From a virus (Duplodnaviria; Heunggongvirae; Uroviricota; Caudoviricetes), in IMG/VR virus record IMGVR_UViG_2639762884_000004: 36,774 nt of DNA; one strand, given 5' to 3'. The notes beneath the pieces were generated by a model. The model made no database searches. It was given only the letters and a program-made list of their open reading frames with translations, and was not told the DNA's origin. Numbering within the stretch: the stretch's first letter is position 1; the number at the start of each line of letters is the position of its first letter. Shown here piece after piece: positions 27,955-36,774 of this stretch. The position numbers were made by a program, and so were the translations under genes.

Positions 27955-28470
27955 ATGGCTTTACCACGCAAATTAAAACACCTGAACCTGTTTAACGACG
28001 GGAACAACTGGCAGGGGATCGTTGAGTCGCTGACGCTGCCGAAATTTACCCGCAAATATGAGAAGTATCGCGGCGGCGGAATGCCGGGTGCGGTGGATGT
28101 GGATCTGGGGCTTGATGACAGTGCGCTGGACACAGAATTTTCCATTGGTGGTACTGAATTGCTGCTGTTTAAACAGATGGGTAAAGCCACGGTGGATGGC
28201 ATCCAGCTGCGCTTTACCGGCTCTATTCAGCGTGACGATACCGGGGAAGTGCAGGCCGTGGAGCTTGTCGTGCGTGGACGTCACAAAGAAGTGGATTCCG
28301 GCGAGTGGAAGACGGGCGAAAGCAACACCACCAAAGTGACCAGTACCAACAGCTACGCGAAGCTGACCATCAATGGTGAGGTGCTCTATGAAGTGGACCT
28401 TATCAACATGGTGGAAATTGTGGACGGTGTGGACCTGATGGAAGCGCACCGCAACGCCCTCGGCCTCTGA
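27955..28470 (+). CDS. FII: Tail tube protein (P2 FII-like)
   Basis: 171 aa, matching P2 FII in size and position. Confidence 0.85.
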   Translation: MALPRKLKHLNLFNDGNNWQGIVESLTLPKFTRKYEKYRGGGMPGAVDVDLGLDDSALDTEFSIGGTELLLFKQMGKATVDGIQLRFTGSIQRDDTGEVQAVELVVRGRHKEVDSGEWKTGESNTTKVTSTNSYAKLTINGEVLYEVDLINMVEIVDGVDLMEAHRNALGL

Positions 28471-28524
28471 TATATCTGAACGGCGCGGGATACCGCGCCA
28501 GAACCCAATTGACAGGACAGCAAA

Positions 28525-28827
28525 ATGAGCGATAAGCAGACTGAAAAGACCATTCAACTGGATACCCCCATCAAGCGCGGTAAAACAGAAATCACCGAAA
28601 TTGTGCTGCGTAAACCGCAGTCCGGTGCGCTGCGCGGTACACGCCTGCAGGCCATTATGGATATGGATGTAAACGCGATGATGATCGTGATCCCCCGCAT
28701 CTCCAGTCCGGCACTGACTGCACAGGAAATTGCAGAGATGGACCCGGCAGATCTCACTGCCATGTCGGTTGAGGTTGTCACTTTTTTGTTGAAGAAGTCG
28801 GTGCTTGCCGGTTTACCGACAGCCTGA
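28525..28827 (+). CDS. E: Tail assembly chaperone E
   Basis: 100 aa, immediately upstream of the tape measure gene. Confidence 0.7.
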   Translation: MSDKQTEKTIQLDTPIKRGKTEITEIVLRKPQSGALRGTRLQAIMDMDVNAMMIVIPRISSPALTAQEIAEMDPADLTAMSVEVVTFLLKKSVLAGLPTA

Positions 28828-28961
28828 CGGTTGACGATCTGGTGGCAGATATCGCCACCATTTTTCACTGGCCGCCATCCGTTACTGACGTTATGCCGCT
28901 GACCGAAGTGCTGGAATGGCGGTATAAAGCGATTCAGAGAAGCGGGGCCAACGATGAGTGA
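28525..28961 (+). CDS. E+E' fusion made by programmed -1 frameshift at TTTTTTG (28782-28788)
   Basis: Slippery heptamer inside E; the -1 frame stays open to TGA at 28959-28961, overlapping the T start, as in P2 E/E'. Confidence 0.55.
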
Positions 28962-31900
28962 TAACAACCTGCGTCTGCAGGTCATTCTTAATGCGGTTGA
29001 CAAGCTCACCCGCCCATTTCGATCTGCGCAGGCCAGTTCAAGAGAACTGGCTGCTGCTGTCAAAAAATCCCGCGATGCAATAAAGCAGCTTGATCAGGCC
29101 GGGAGCAGTCTGGACAGCTTCCGAAAGCTGCAGGCAGAAAATCAGAAATTAGGCGACAGGCTGAACTATGCCCGCCAGCGTGCAAATTTGCTCAGTCAGG
29201 AACTGGGAGCGATGGGGCCGCCTTCGCAACGTCAGGTTGTTGCTCTGGGCCGTCAACGGCTGGCTGTTCAGCGCCTGGAAGAACGCCAGAAAAAGCTGCA
29301 GCAGCAGACGGCGCTTGTGCGTGCTGAACTGTACCGGGCGGGAATTTCTGCGAAAGACGATGCGGGAGCAACTGCCCGTTTAGCCCGTGAAACATCACGT
29401 TATAACCAGGAACTTTCGAAACAGGAGGCGCGGCTGAAGCGACTGGGGGAAGCTCAGCGCAGGATGAATGCAGCGCGTGCCAGTTATGCCCGTTCGCTGG
29501 AGGTGCGTGATCGTATTGCAGGTGCCGGAGCCACCACCACGGCTGCAGGGCTGGCAATGGGTGCGCCAGTGATGGCGGCAGTAAAAAGCTATACCAGCAT
29601 GGAAGATGCCATGAAAGGTGTGGCAAAGCAGGTCAATGGTCTGCGTGACGATAATGGCAACCGCACTGCACGTTTTTATGAAATGCAGGATGCCATCAAG
29701 GCTGCCAGCGAACAGTTGCCGATGGAAAACGGTGCGGTGGATTTCGCTGCACTGGTTGAAGGTGGTGCGCGCATGAACGTCGCAAACCCTGACGACAGTT
29801 GGGAAGATCAGAAACGTGACCTGCTGGCCTTCGCCAGTACGGCAGCAAAGGCGGCAACAGCCTTTGAGCTGCCAGCGGATGAACTGTCAGAAAGTCTGGG
29901 GAAAATCGCCCAGCTCTACAAAATCCCCACCCGCAATATTGAACAGCTCGGTGATGCGCTGAACTATCTGGATGATAACGCCATGTCGAAAGGGGCAGAC
30001 ATCATTGATGTGATGCAACGTCTGGGCGGTGTGGCTGACCGTCTGGATTATCGTAAAGCGGCGGCGCTGGGTTCCACCTTCCTGACACTGGGCGCTGCGC
30101 CAGAGGTTGCAGCCAGTGCAGCAAACGCGATGGTGCGTGAATTGTCCATTGCCACCATGCAAAGCAAAAGTTTCTTTGAAGGGATGAATCTGCTGAAACT
30201 CAATCCTGAAGTGATTGAAAAGCAGATGACGAAGGATGCGATGGGAACCATCCAGCGCGTGCTGGAGAAGGTAAACGCGCTGCCGCAGGACAAGCGCCTG
30301 TCTGCCATGACTATGTTGTTTGGTAAAGAGTTTGGCGATGACGCGGCGAAACTGGCAAACAACCTGCCGGAACTGCAGCGTCAGTTAAAACTGACAGCGG
30401 GCAATGATGCGCTCGGCTCCATGCAGAAAGAATCCGACATTAACAAGGATTCACTTTCTGCGCAGTGGTTGCTGGTCAAAACCGGAGCGCAGAACACCTT
30501 CAGCAGCCTGGGCGAAACGCTGCGCCAGCCGCTGATGGATATTCTGTACACGGTGAAAAGCATCACGGGGGCGTTGCGCCGCTGGGTGGAAGCTAACCCG
30601 GAACTGACAGGCACACTGATGAAAGTAGCGGCTGTTGTGGCTGCGGTTACAGTAGGCCTCGGCACCTTAGCGGTGGCGCTGGCTGCAGTGCTGGGGCCGC
30701 TGGCAGTGATCCGTCTGGGATTCTCTGTGCTGGGTATCAAAACGTTACCTTCTGTTACGGCAGCAGTAACTCGAACCAGCAGCGCGTTGTCCTGGTTGGC
30801 TGGCGCACCACTGGCACTGCTGCGACGCGGGCTTGCTTCATCGGGCAACGCCGCAGGTTTACTTACTGCGCCGTTGTCGTCTTTGCGCCGCACCGCATCA
30901 CTGACGGGGAATGTCCTGAAAACTGTAGTAGGTGTGCCGGTTGCACTTTTGCGGTCTGGATTATCCGGTTTACGTGCTGTTGCTGTGATGTTTATGAATC
31001 CTCTGGCGGTACTGCGCGGTGGACTGGTCGCCGCAGGCACGGTGCTGCGAGTACTGGCATCTGGTCCACTGGCGATGCTGCGCGTTGCCCTGTATGCCGT
31101 ATCTGGTCTGTTAGGTGCTCTGCTCAGTCCGATAGGTCTTGTGGTTACTGCACTGGCGGGCGTGGCGCTGGTTGTCTGGAAATACTGGCAACCCATCACC
31201 GCATTTCTTGGTGGCGTGGTGGAAGGATTCAAAGCGGCGGCAGGTCCCGTCAGTGCAGCATTCGAACCGCTTAAGCCCGTGTTCCAGTGGATTGGCGACA
31301 AAGTACAGGCGCTGTGGGGCTGGTTTACTGATCTGCTGACGCCCATTAAGTCGACCTCTGCCGAACTGCAGAGTGCAGCGGCAATGGGGCGGAGATTCGG
31401 GGAGGCACTGGCGGAAGGGCTGAATATGGTCATGCATCCGCTGGACTCCCTGAAATCCGGCGTTTCCTGGTTGCTGGAGAAGCTCGGCATTGTCAGTAAA
31501 GAGGCCGCAAAGGCAAAACTGCCGGAAAGCGTGACGCGTCAGCAACCTGCGACGGTGAATGCAGACGGTAAAGTGATGATTCCATCGGGTGGTTTTCCGT
31601 CATGGGGATATGGCTTTGCGGGGATGTATGACAGCGGCGGCTATATCCCGCGTGGGCAGTTTGGCATCGTCGGTGAAAACGGGCCGGAAATTGTTAACGG
31701 CCCGGCAAATGTGACCAGCCGGAGAAATACAGCTGCACTGGCTGCCATTGTTGCCGGAATGATGGGCGTTGCTGCCGCGCCTGCAGAGCTTTCGCCGTTG
31801 CATCCTTTGGCGCTTCCCGCGAAAGGTGGTGAAGCGATGATGAGTCGCGCAGCCACTGTGCCGCCCGTTCAACGGATTGAGGCACCGACGCAGATCATCA

Positions 31901-32031
31901 TCCAGACGCAGCCAGGACAAAGTGCACAGGATATTGCGCGGGAGGTGGCACGCCAGCTTGATGAACGTGAACGCAGGCTGAAGGCAAAAGCCAGGAGTAA
32001 CTACAGCGATCAGGGGGGATACGACGCATGA
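28954..32031 (+). CDS. T: Tail tape measure protein (P2 gpT-like)
   Basis: 1025 aa, coiled-coil-rich N-terminus, Gly/Ala-rich hydrophobic middle; follows E/E'. Confidence 0.85.
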   Translation: MSDNNLRLQVILNAVDKLTRPFRSAQASSRELAAAVKKSRDAIKQLDQAGSSLDSFRKLQAENQKLGDRLNYARQRANLLSQELGAMGPPSQRQVVALGRQRLAVQRLEERQKKLQQQTALVRAELYRAGISAKDDAGATARLARETSRYNQELSKQEARLKRLGEAQRRMNAARASYARSLEVRDRIAGAGATTTAAGLAMGAPVMAAVKSYTSMEDAMKGVAKQVNGLRDDNGNRTARFYEMQDAIKAASEQLPMENGAVDFAALVEGGARMNVANPDDSWEDQKRDLLAFASTAAKAATAFELPADELSESLGKIAQLYKIPTRNIEQLGDALNYLDDNAMSKGADIIDVMQRLGGVADRLDYRKAAALGSTFLTLGAAPEVAASAANAMVRELSIATMQSKSFFEGMNLLKLNPEVIEKQMTKDAMGTIQRVLEKVNALPQDKRLSAMTMLFGKEFGDDAAKLANNLPELQRQLKLTAGNDALGSMQKESDINKDSLSAQWLLVKTGAQNTFSSLGETLRQPLMDILYTVKSITGALRRWVEANPELTGTLMKVAAVVAAVTVGLGTLAVALAAVLGPLAVIRLGFSVLGIKTLPSVTAAVTRTSSALSWLAGAPLALLRRGLASSGNAAGLLTAPLSSLRRTASLTGNVLKTVVGVPVALLRSGLSGLRAVAVMFMNPLAVLRGGLVAAGTVLRVLASGPLAMLRVALYAVSGLLGALLSPIGLVVTALAGVALVVWKYWQPITAFLGGVVEGFKAAAGPVSAAFEPLKPVFQWIGDKVQALWGWFTDLLTPIKSTSAELQSAAAMGRRFGEALAEGLNMVMHPLDSLKSGVSWLLEKLGIVSKEAAKAKLPESVTRQQPATVNADGKVMIPSGGFPSWGYGFAGMYDSGGYIPRGQFGIVGENGPEIVNGPANVTSRRNTAALAAIVAGMMGVAAAPAELSPLHPLALPAKGGEAMMSRAATVPPVQRIEAPTQIIIQTQPGQSAQDIAREVARQLDERERRLKAKARSNYSDQGGYDA

Positions 32032-32513
32032 TGATGGTGCTGGGATTGTACGTGTTTATGCTGCGCACCGTTCCGTATCAGGAACTGCAGTATCAACGCA
32101 GCTGGCGACATGCGGCAAACAGCCGGGTAAACCGACGTCCGTCCACGCAGTTTCTGGGACCGGACAACGACATGCTGACGCTTTCTGGTGTTCTTATGCC
32201 GGAGATAACGGGCGGCAGGCTGTCGTTGCTGGCTCTGGAGCAGATGGCAGAACAGGGAAAAGCATGGCCCCTGATTGAAGGCAGCGGCACGATTTACGGC
32301 ATGTATGTGATTGAGGGACTGAATCAGACTAAAACGGAGTTTTTCCGCGACGGTATGCCGCGCCGGGTTGAGTTCACCCTGTCGCTCAAACGGGTGGATG
32401 AATCCCTGTCCGATATGTTCGGTGATCTCAGTTCGCAGCTGAATAATCTGCAGGACACGGCAACATCTGCATTAAGCGATATCAGTAAAACGGTGGGAGG
32501 GCTGCTGTCGTGA
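32028..32513 (+). CDS. U: Tail protein U (P2 gpU-like)
   Basis: 161 aa; overlaps the T stop. Confidence 0.75.
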   Translation: MMMVLGLYVFMLRTVPYQELQYQRSWRHAANSRVNRRPSTQFLGPDNDMLTLSGVLMPEITGGRLSLLALEQMAEQGKAWPLIEGSGTIYGMYVIEGLNQTKTEFFRDGMPRRVEFTLSLKRVDESLSDMFGDLSSQLNNLQDTATSALSDISKTVGGLLS

Positions 32514-33610
32514 ATTTCAGCTCTGAACTGCTTAACAAAGGCAATAAAACTCCGGCATTCATCATCAGTATTGAAGGCAAGGATATCACCACTGTGCTGG
32601 ACAACCGCCTGATGGGGCTTACGCTGACGGATAACCGGGGCTTTGAAGCGGACCAGCTTGATCTGGAGCTGGACGACGCCGACGGAAAAATCGTGCTGCC
32701 GCGCCGTGGTGCGGTCATCACGCTGGCGCTGGGCTGGAAGGGGCAGCCGCTTTTCCCGAAAGGGGCATTCACGGTGGATGAAATTGAACACACTGGCGCA
32801 CCGGACCGCCTGACTATCCGGGCGCGAAGTGCTGATTTTCGGGAAACGCTGAATACCCGCCGTGAAAAATCGTGGCACAAGACCACAGTTGGGGAAGTGG
32901 TGAAGGAAATAGCCGCGCGTCACAAGCTGAAGATGGCACTGGGTAAAGACCTGTCAGATAAACCCGTGGAACATATAGACCAGACTAATGAGAGTGACGG
33001 CAGTTTTCTGATGCGGCTGGCGCGCCAGTACGGTGCTATTGCGTCGGTGAAAAATGGCAATCTGTTATTCATCCGGCAGGGACAGGGCAAAAGCGCCAGC
33101 GGTAAACCTCTGCCGGTGATCACTATCACACGCAAGGACGTCGACAGTCACCGATTTACCCTGGCTGATCGCGGTGCCTACACGGGCGTAATTGCCAGCT
33201 GGTTGCATACCCGCGAACCCGCGAAGAAAGAAAGCACCACGGTGAAGCGTAAGCACAGGACCGCAAAGCAGAAGAAAGAGCCGGAAGCTAAGCAGGGCGA
33301 TTACCTGATGGGTACAGATGAAAACGTGCTGGTACTTAATCGCACTTATGCCAACCGGAGCAACGCCGAACGAGCGGCGAAAATGCAGTGGGAACGCCTG
33401 CAACGCGGCGTTGCGTCATTCTCGCTACAACTGGCGGAAGGGCGGGCAGATCTCTACACGGAAATGCCCGTGAAGGTCAGTGGCTTTAAACAGCCGATAG
33501 ATGATGCGGAATGGACCATTACGACTCTGACACATACCGTCAGCCCGGATAACGGTTTTACGACCAGTCTGGAGCTTGAAGTGAGGATTGATGATTTCGA
33601 AATGGAATGA
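32510..33610 (+). CDS. D: Tail protein D (P2 gpD-like)
   Basis: 366 aa; position between U and ogr. Confidence 0.8.
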   Translation: MNFSSELLNKGNKTPAFIISIEGKDITTVLDNRLMGLTLTDNRGFEADQLDLELDDADGKIVLPRRGAVITLALGWKGQPLFPKGAFTVDEIEHTGAPDRLTIRARSADFRETLNTRREKSWHKTTVGEVVKEIAARHKLKMALGKDLSDKPVEHIDQTNESDGSFLMRLARQYGAIASVKNGNLLFIRQGQGKSASGKPLPVITITRKDVDSHRFTLADRGAYTGVIASWLHTREPAKKESTTVKRKHRTAKQKKEPEAKQGDYLMGTDENVLVLNRTYANRSNAERAAKMQWERLQRGVASFSLQLAEGRADLYTEMPVKVSGFKQPIDDAEWTITTLTHTVSPDNGFTTSLELEVRIDDFEME

Positions 33611-33700
33611 TTCTTCGCAATGGAGAGCTTTTAAGTTTGCAAAATGGAATAATACGGTATCATTATTGTGAATTTAGCAAAAATGGGGAGAACTCGAAAA

Positions 33701-33919
33701 ATGATGATTTGCCCACTGTGTGGAAGTGCCGCCCATACTCGCAGCAGTTTTCAGGTATCTTCATTGACCAAAGAGCGTTACAACCAGTGCCAGAACATTA
33801 ACTGCAGCCATACTTTTGTTACCCATGAAACTTTTGTTCGTTCGATTGCAACGCCAAAAGAGTCAAATCCGGTTCAGCCGCATCCAATGAAATCAGGACA
33901 GGTGGCGCTCTCTCTTTGA
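33701..33919 (+). CDS. ogr: Late-gene transcriptional activator, Ogr/Delta zinc-finger family
   Basis: 72 aa from ATG 33701; CPLCGSAAH...CQNINCSHTF four-Cys motif; last phage gene before attR. Confidence 0.85.
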   Translation: MMICPLCGSAAHTRSSFQVSSLTKERYNQCQNINCSHTFVTHETFVRSIATPKESNPVQPHPMKSGQVALSL

Positions 33920-33941
33920 CGCTGCCGCCATTTTGTCGCCA
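33920..33941. repeat. Putative attR core (22-bp direct repeat, copy 2)
   Basis: CGCTGCCGCCATTTTGTCGCCA, starting immediately after the ogr stop codon; 21/22 identical to 19-40. Confidence 0.7.
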
Positions 33942-33999
33942 TCGTTAAAAAACAGTGCTTCTAACATCATGATTTTAAACAGTATAAATTTCAGGCAAC

Positions 34000-34042
34000 A
34001 AAAAACCCATCAACCTTGAACCGAAATGGCGGGGTTGATGGG
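34000..34042 (-). terminator. Rho-independent terminator for host ybjL
   Basis: Stem CCCATCAACC / GGTTGATGGG with an inner loop; on the minus strand it is followed directly by UUUUUUGUUG. Confidence 0.55.
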
Positions 34043-34154
34043 CTCCACAAAATGGGGACATCAAAGAAAAGCAGTGGCACTAATTAAGACTGATGCCCTG
34101 CGGAAAAGTTCTGCGGTTGTGCAAAAAAATTTCATTTTCAGGGCAACTTCAGTT

Positions 34155-35840
34155 TTATCCTAATCCTGGCCATACCATGACGATGATTGTCCCTGCCAGC
34201 GTCAGCAGGACGTTGGCGATTGCGTAGGTGCCCGCATAGCCCAGCGCAGGGATGTTACTGCGAGCTGTATCACTGATGATCTCCATTGCCGGCGCGCAGG
34301 TGCGTGCGCCCATCATTGCGCCGAACAACAGTGCGCGGTTCATTCGCAATACATAAGCACCGAACAAGAAACAGATAACCACGGGCACAAGACTGACAAT
34401 TAATCCGGCAATCAACATCTGACCGCCAATCGCGCCCAGGCCGTTATTAATACCGCTACCGGCGCTCAGACCAACGCCTGCCATAAACACCATCAAGCCG
34501 AACTCTTTCACCATGCTTAATGCACCTTGCGGAATGTAACCGAAGGTCGGGTGGTTAGCACGCATAAAGCCCAGCATAATTCCGGCGAATAACAACCCGG
34601 CAGCGTTCCCCATGCCGAAACTGAATGTGCTGAACTGGAAGGTGATCATCCCGATCATCAGCCCAATAACAAAGAAGGCGCAAAATGCCAGCAGGTCAGT
34701 GACCTGGCTGTGAATCGAGATAAAGCCGATGCGATCGGCGATGGTTTTTACGCGACGGGCATCACCGCTGACTTGTAAAACGTCACCTTTGTTAAGCACG
34801 ACGTTGTCATCTATCGGCATCTCAATCTGGCTACGAATGACGCGGTTAAGGAAGCAACCGTGATCGGTCAACTTCAGTTGTGCGAGACGTTTACCTACAG
34901 CGTTATGGTTTTTAACGACCACTTCTTCAGTGACGATACGCATGTCGAGAAGGTCACGATCGAAAACTTCTTTACCGTTACGGAAGCTGGGATCGAGTCG
35001 GGCATGGGCGTCGGGATAGCCTACCAACGCTATTTCATCGCCCATTTGTAGCACGGCATCACCGTCTGGATTTGCCAGAATCCCGTTACGTCGAATACGT
35101 TCAATGTAGCAGCCGGTTTGTCGATAAATACCCAGTTCACGCAGATTTTTGCCGTCGGTCCAGGCCACCAGCTCCGGGCCGACGCGATAGGCGCGGATCA
35201 CCGGTAAATAAACCTTACGGTTGGCATCAGTGTCCAGGCCACGTTCGCGGGCGATTTGCTGGGCGCTGGTCTGTAAGTCCTGATGCTGCAATTTCGGCAA
35301 GTAACGCGCACCAACAATCAAACTCACCAGACCGATTAAATAGGTTAAGGCATACCCGAGGCTCAGATTATCCAGTGCCAGTGAGAGCTGCCTGCTTTCC
35401 ATGCCGAAATGACGCAGTGTATCGCCAGCACCGACCAGAACCGGTGTCGACGTCATAGAGCCTGCTAACATACCGGCCGTCAGGCCAATATCCCAGCCAA
35501 ACAGCTTACCTAACCCTAAGGCGATCACCAGCGCACTGCCAACCATCACCAGTGCTAACATTAGGTAATTTTTCCCATCGCGAAAAAAAATGGAAAAAAA
35601 GTTCGGTCCGGCTTCGACCCCGACGCAGAAAATAAACAGCATAAAGCCAAGATTAAGCGCATCGGTGTTAATGCTGAAATGTTGTTGGCCTAATAACAGC
35701 GATACGACTAAAACGCCAATGGAATTACCCAGTTGGATCGAACCAAGTCGTAACTTTCCGAGACATAGCCCAAGCGCGAGGACCACAAATAATAACAGAA
35801 TGTAATTCCCATTTAACAATTCGGCGACGTTTATATTCAC
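34155..35840 (-). CDS. ybjL: Putative transport protein YbjL (AspT/YidE/YbjL family)
   Basis: 561 aa, multi-pass membrane protein with a central soluble region; recognised as E. coli YbjL by size and sequence character, and by the ybjM/grxA neighbours. Confidence 0.75.
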   Translation of the reverse strand: MNINVAELLNGNYILLLFVVLALGLCLGKLRLGSIQLGNSIGVLVVSLLLGQQHFSINTDALNLGFMLFIFCVGVEAGPNFFSIFFRDGKNYLMLALVMVGSALVIALGLGKLFGWDIGLTAGMLAGSMTSTPVLVGAGDTLRHFGMESRQLSLALDNLSLGYALTYLIGLVSLIVGARYLPKLQHQDLQTSAQQIARERGLDTDANRKVYLPVIRAYRVGPELVAWTDGKNLRELGIYRQTGCYIERIRRNGILANPDGDAVLQMGDEIALVGYPDAHARLDPSFRNGKEVFDRDLLDMRIVTEEVVVKNHNAVGKRLAQLKLTDHGCFLNRVIRSQIEMPIDDNVVLNKGDVLQVSGDARRVKTIADRIGFISIHSQVTDLLAFCAFFVIGLMIGMITFQFSTFSFGMGNAAGLLFAGIMLGFMRANHPTFGYIPQGALSMVKEFGLMVFMAGVGLSAGSGINNGLGAIGGQMLIAGLIVSLVPVVICFLFGAYVLRMNRALLFGAMMGARTCAPAMEIISDTARSNIPALGYAGTYAIANVLLTLAGTIIVMVWPGLG

Positions 35841-36109
35841 GGAGGCTAACTTCTTGTTTACTAGTAAGCTGTTGAAAGAAATGGTAATTTACGATAATGT
35901 TTTTTACCAGAATTCAGGGCGCAGATTCATTCAGCGCACCTAAACGATAGTAAAGTAACAATATATTTTACTAGTGTAATCACATTAGGTATCAACGGCT
36001 ATATGAATTGCGTTGGCCTATATTAGCATGGAATGCGAAGCGGCTTTATCTTACTGAACGCCACACTGGCGAAAAATGTGTTCGATAGACGCAGTGTCAG
36101 GAGGAACGA

Positions 36110-36487
36110 GTGAAACATAAACAACGTTGGGCGGGGGCAATCTGCTGTTTTGTCCTCTTCATTGTGGTGTGCCTTTTTCTGGCGACGCACATGAAAGGCG
36201 CTTTTCGGGCTGCCGGGCATCCTGAAATCGGCTTGCTATTTTTCATTCTTCCTGGAGCAGTTGCCAGTTTCTTTTCACAGCGTAGAGAAGTCCTGAAACC
36301 TCTATTTGGCGCAATGCTGGCGGCACCCTGTTCAATGCTCATTATGCGGCTGTTTTTTTCACCGACGCGCTCATTCTGGCAAGAGCTGGCATGGTTACTA
36401 AGCGCGGTGTTCTGGTGTGCGCTGGGGGCACTGTGTTTCTTATTTATCAGTAGTTTGTTTAAACCACAGCACAGAAAAAATCAGTAA
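36110..36487 (+). CDS. ybjM: Inner membrane protein YbjM
   Basis: 125 aa, four hydrophobic segments; lies between ybjL and grxA as in E. coli. Confidence 0.7.
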   Translation: MKHKQRWAGAICCFVLFIVVCLFLATHMKGAFRAAGHPEIGLLFFILPGAVASFFSQRREVLKPLFGAMLAAPCSMLIMRLFFSPTRSFWQELAWLLSAVFWCALGALCFLFISSLFKPQHRKNQ

Positions 36488-36507
36488 AGCCCTCAACGCG
36501 AGGGCTT
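36487..36507. terminator. Hairpin between convergent ybjM and grxA
   Basis: AAGCCCTC-aacgc-GAGGGCTT; a U-tract exists on the minus strand but is not directly adjacent to the stem. Confidence 0.4.
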
Positions 36508-36516
36508 GTCAGACGA

Positions 36517-36774
36517 TCAGGCGTCCAGATTTTCTTTCACCCATGCAGCAAAATCGGTATAGCCGCCGATATGTTGCTGATCGACAAAAATCTGCGGCAC
36601 GGTTTCTACGGGTTTACCTGCCTTTTGTTGTAGATCTTCTTTAGTGATCCCTTCCGCACGAATATCTACATACTGATACTGAAAATCATCGCGTTCATTG
36701 CTCAATTTCTCAGCCAGATCTTTTGCACGCACACAGTAAGGGCAACCCGAACGACCAAAAATAACGGTTTGCAT
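36517..36774 (-). CDS. grxA: Glutaredoxin 1
   Basis: 85 aa; active-site CPYC in MQTVIFGRSGCPYCVRAKDL; start codon is at the last bases of the window. Confidence 0.9.
   Translation of the reverse strand: MQTVIFGRSGCPYCVRAKDLAEKLSNERDDFQYQYVDIRAEGITKEDLQQKAGKPVETVPQIFVDQQHIGGYTDFAAWVKENLDA

Larger units (their letters stand above)
19..33941. mobile_element. Complete P2/186-like temperate prophage bounded by 22-bp direct repeats
   Basis: Colinear P2-type gene order from int to ogr; direct repeat CGCTGCCGCCA(C/T)TTTGTCGCCA at 19-40 and 33920-33941; host genes ybjL/ybjM/grxA follow immediately to the right. Confidence 0.85.

Noticed and set aside
30381-31490. 369-aa minus-strand ORF, and several shorter ones, inside the tape measure gene
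   Set aside because: Antisense to a long, confidently assigned gene in GC-rich DNA where stop codons are scarce; low-complexity Ser/Ala/Pro-rich translation.
33942-34154. A tRNA gene or tRNA fragment as the integration target at attR
   Set aside because: No tRNA-like T-arm or acceptor-stem pattern was evident by eye; the only strong structure (34006-34042) has a U-tract on the minus strand and fits a ybjL terminator. Not checked with a tRNA scanner.
1-36774. CRISPR arrays or other long tandem repeat arrays
   Set aside because: No regularly spaced direct repeats were seen; the only repeats are the att copies, the invertase sites and the diverged HTH-module copies.

Overview
The window is almost entirely one complete P2/186-like (Peduovirus-type) temperate prophage of about 33.9 kb, bounded by a 22-bp direct repeat (19-40 and 33920-33941, 21/22 identical) that I read as attL/attR. 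The right flank is enterobacterial host DNA (ybjL, ybjM, grxA). Gene order is the canonical one: int, cI, divergent apl-cII early operon, orphan Dam methylase, rolling-circle replicase A, a LexA-boxed SOS operon with a DinI-like gene, a cos-like motif, portal and terminase (minus strand), capsid and lysis genes, tail completion and baseplate, tail fibre with a Hin/Gin-type invertible segment, sheath, tube, E/E' frameshift, tape measure, U, D and ogr. Three AT-rich cargo islands sit on this backbone. The most interesting is a KAP-family P-loop NTPase plus a 307-aa CI paralog with two tandem CI-type DNA-binding domains, inserted between cI and int in the lysogenic operon. The second is a TIR-domain protein between the cos-like motif and the portal gene. 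The third is a strongly acidic 111-aa protein on the opposite strand near cos. All calls come from reading the sequence and from remembered family motifs; no database search or computation was run, so product names are motif-based and coordinates of small sites are approximate to within a few bases.
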